A stretch of 63,516 bases of DNA, counting the filler, from Globobulimina sp. (taxonomy: Eukaryota): NCBI GenBank assembly GCA_003354225.1. It is 43 parts of 43 records of this genome, joined end to end, with 100 filler letters (N's around TTAATTAATTAA, not from the genome) between each part and the next. Parts side by side here need not be neighbours in the genome. Positions count along the whole stretch, not along the records: positions 62,139 to 63,516 come from PIVH01017654.1; 42 more parts are not named here. One strand, written 5' to 3'. The notes below the pieces were generated by a model, which was given only the letters and a program-made list of their open reading frames with translations, did not search any database and had not been told where the DNA came from. The translations under genes and the position numbers were made by a program. Of this stretch, positions 62,961 to 63,516 are shown one piece after another (position 1 is the first letter of the stretch; every line of letters begins with the position of its first letter).

Positions 62961-63516
62961 TTTTTGCGAGCTAAAATCTTGTATACTATACTGGATTCTG
63001 CTGATATGGTTTCAAAAGTGCATTTGAGGTTTTTGACAAAAGTTGAGTTTCACAAAAAAGTTGAAATGGTTAAGCAGATCAACAAGAGGGGAAAGCTGCT
63101 GATTAGTTTTGCGTGTGCTAATTACCTAGCACATACAAAAAATCTACTATAGGGTTGGCCATATTTCGAGGCCACTAAATCTGGGACAAAACCCTCGAAA
63201 TTTGCCTTTGTGAAATGCTGCGAAATTTATAAATACCACAAAACACTGCGAAAATTGACGTTTTTGGAAACATTTCAAATTTAGTGACGCTATGGGAAAA
63301 CCTCCAATACTATAATATACATGAATGTATGTAACATAAAAACCTTACTTGCAAACAGCAATGAGAGAATCGCTGTTCAGGAACATTTCCATCATTGGCA
63401 CTTTGATGGATGTACCACTCACCGGATTACTAACTCCATGTTTCTGTTTGAAAGTGATCAAACAGTTCAGGGAACACATATTCCGACTGTCCGAACTTGT
63501 ACTAAAGTTAAATATA

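Noticed and set aside
63150-63300. hAT-like terminus TAGGGTTGGCCA
   Set aside because: No matching inverted end or TSD found in the window.

Overview
This window is not one locus. It is about 43 short contigs of ~1,378-1,381 bp, in descending length order, joined by 100-bp artificial linkers (N-run + TTAATTAATTAA + N-run), so nothing can be inferred across linkers. Most contigs come from an AT-rich eukaryote with short (~55-85 nt) GT-AG introns. Its gene families (HFDISLEN kinase, TRAF-like RING, divergent G-alpha, ART-like protein) suggest a rhizarian/foraminiferan, which is an inference. There are also bacterial pieces (Wzx flippase, two IS1634 transposases, a FabF fragment), some fused to eukaryotic DNA in probable amplification chimeras, and a few metazoan-like (possibly nematode) contigs. 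Recognisable genes include AHCY, proteasome alpha-1, GcvT/AMT, a mitochondrial carrier, a sulfatase, two sulfotransferases, a cyclin, a CHD/SNF2 helicase, two G-alpha subunits, a Penelope-like RT and tRNA-Ala(CGC). The most notable observations: (1) a 407-codon open frame, mostly missed by the ORF track, encoding a TV-Pol (PolA-like viral/transposon polymerase); (2) two contigs with exact 119-bp terminal repeats (~1.26-kb loops) made of deletion-riddled host-gene copies; (3) an E2 with catalytic Cys changed to Ser and fused to a ubiquitin-like domain; (4) an inverted tRNA-Ala pair in which one copy lacks its anticodon loop; (5) a G-alpha lacking both catalytic residues; (6) SLATT-like and ART-like domains in a eukaryote; (7) a compact C2H2/HMG-box gene pair sharing upstream motifs.
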